A stretch of DNA of 32,000 bases. Origin: Candidatus Saccharimonadota bacterium. Its GTDB lineage: Bacteria > Patescibacteriota > Gracilibacteria > BD1-5 > UBA2023. Shown here in pieces: positions 31,575-32,000 of the stretch; within the stretch, counting starts at the first letter, position 1, and every line of letters begins with the position of its first letter. The notes under the pieces are model-generated. The model made no database searches, had not been told where the DNA came from, and worked only from the letters and a program-made list of their open reading frames with translations. The DNA is taken from NCBI GenBank assembly GCA_042852035.1, contig BAAFHK010000001.1, positions 390,001-422,000 on the forward strand. The letters are read 5' to 3'. The translations under genes were made by a program, and so were the position numbers.

Positions 31575-32000
31575 TAAATCTCGCTCCTTGGGGGTGATTT
31601 TTTTCAACTTCAAGTCCTCATCGATGAAGACGAGCAATTCGATCAACAATCGATAGTCCTATACCCATGCTTTTATCTGTTTGATTTCTTCCTTTATCAA
31701 CACGATAAAATTTTTCTTTTACAAACTCAAGTTCACTATCTGGTATTCCAATTCCATTATCCTCAAAGATAAATATATATTCCTTTTGTTCTTTAAAATA
31801 TTTAATTCTGAGTTCTGTTGACTCACCAGAGTACTTTATAAAGTTTGAAATCATGTTATGTAAAATCTGTACATACATTCATTTATCCATACTTGTCATA
31901 GTATCTTCAGGGAAATGAAGTGAGATTTTCTGATGATTTTTATCAAGCTGTGGACGGTACTCTAGAATAATGGATTCCGATATTTTTTTAATAGAAAAGC
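31555..32000 (-). CDS. Sensor histidine kinase, C-terminal HATPase_c part. The 5' end lies outside the window.
   Basis: Motifs are the N box ILHNMISNFIKYS, the G1 box FEDNGIGIP, and the G2 box DKSMGIGLSIVDRIARLH. The frame reads through TGA to TAA 31555-31557, overlapping the convergent patatin-like gene by 20 nt. Confidence 0.8.

Noticed and set aside
1-32000. Two alternative explanations for the fragmented ORFs: a pseudogene-ridden genome, or TGA = Trp (table 4, Mycoplasma-type)
   Set aside because: The interruptions are exclusively TGA, never TAA or TAG. Frames are preserved across every break. The TGA positions coincide with invariant Gly residues (P-loops, GYVET, G-FTLVE, CTGGIRCE), not Trp. 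TGG still encodes Trp at expected places, for example RWGSC and LIEWP.
1-32000. Search for CRISPR repeats, tRNA/rRNA genes, transposase or integrase genes, inverted terminal repeats, and known defence-system gene sets
   Set aside because: I saw no periodic direct repeats, no cloverleaf-compatible segments in any intergenic gap, and no recombinase-like ORFs under table 25. The window reads as core chromosome around the replication origin rather than an accessory island.

Overview
This window is readable only if TGA is translated as glycine (translation table 25). The supplied standard-code ORF track is broken into fragments. Those fragments fall at TGA codons that sit on invariant glycines: the Walker A loops of DnaA and TsaE, GYVET in PolA, RWGSC in DUF45, GFTLVE in the prepilins, CTGGIRCE in TrhO, and KPNQGGSS in Ddl. 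Reading through TGA gives about 31 tightly packed CDS (under 10% non-coding) that end only in TAA or TAG. Together with the low G+C (roughly one third), this points to a Gracilibacteria (BD1-5) or Absconditabacteria (SR1) genome from the CPR/Patescibacteria. The content is mostly core chromosome:

- **Replication:** dnaB and dnaA, with an AT-rich candidate oriC at a strand-orientation switch, and a polymerase-domain-only polA.
- **Cell wall:** ddl, murF and a MOP-family flippase.
- **Translation and RNA modification:** rimO, tsaE, rsmI, trhO, rplS and hpf.
- **Intramembrane proteases:** an rseP / DUF3096 / prsW-like trio.
- **Pilus:** a type IV pilus-like operon with PilN-like and PilO-like genes, PilC and four prepilin-type genes.
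- **Surface protein:** an 815-aa secreted protein with a lamin-tail domain and PKD-like domains.
- **Signalling and effectors:** a membrane-anchored class III nucleotide cyclase, a patatin-like phospholipase with an unrecognised N-terminal domain, and a partial histidine kinase.

I found no rRNA, tRNA, CRISPR array or mobile element. The most unusual non-coding signal is a segment at about 9000-9211 in a 323-nt intergenic gap. It is relatively GC-rich, strongly hairpin-forming, and bounded by a promoter and a terminator. I call it a candidate structured RNA of unknown class. All coordinates come from manual reading under table 25. No database search was possible.
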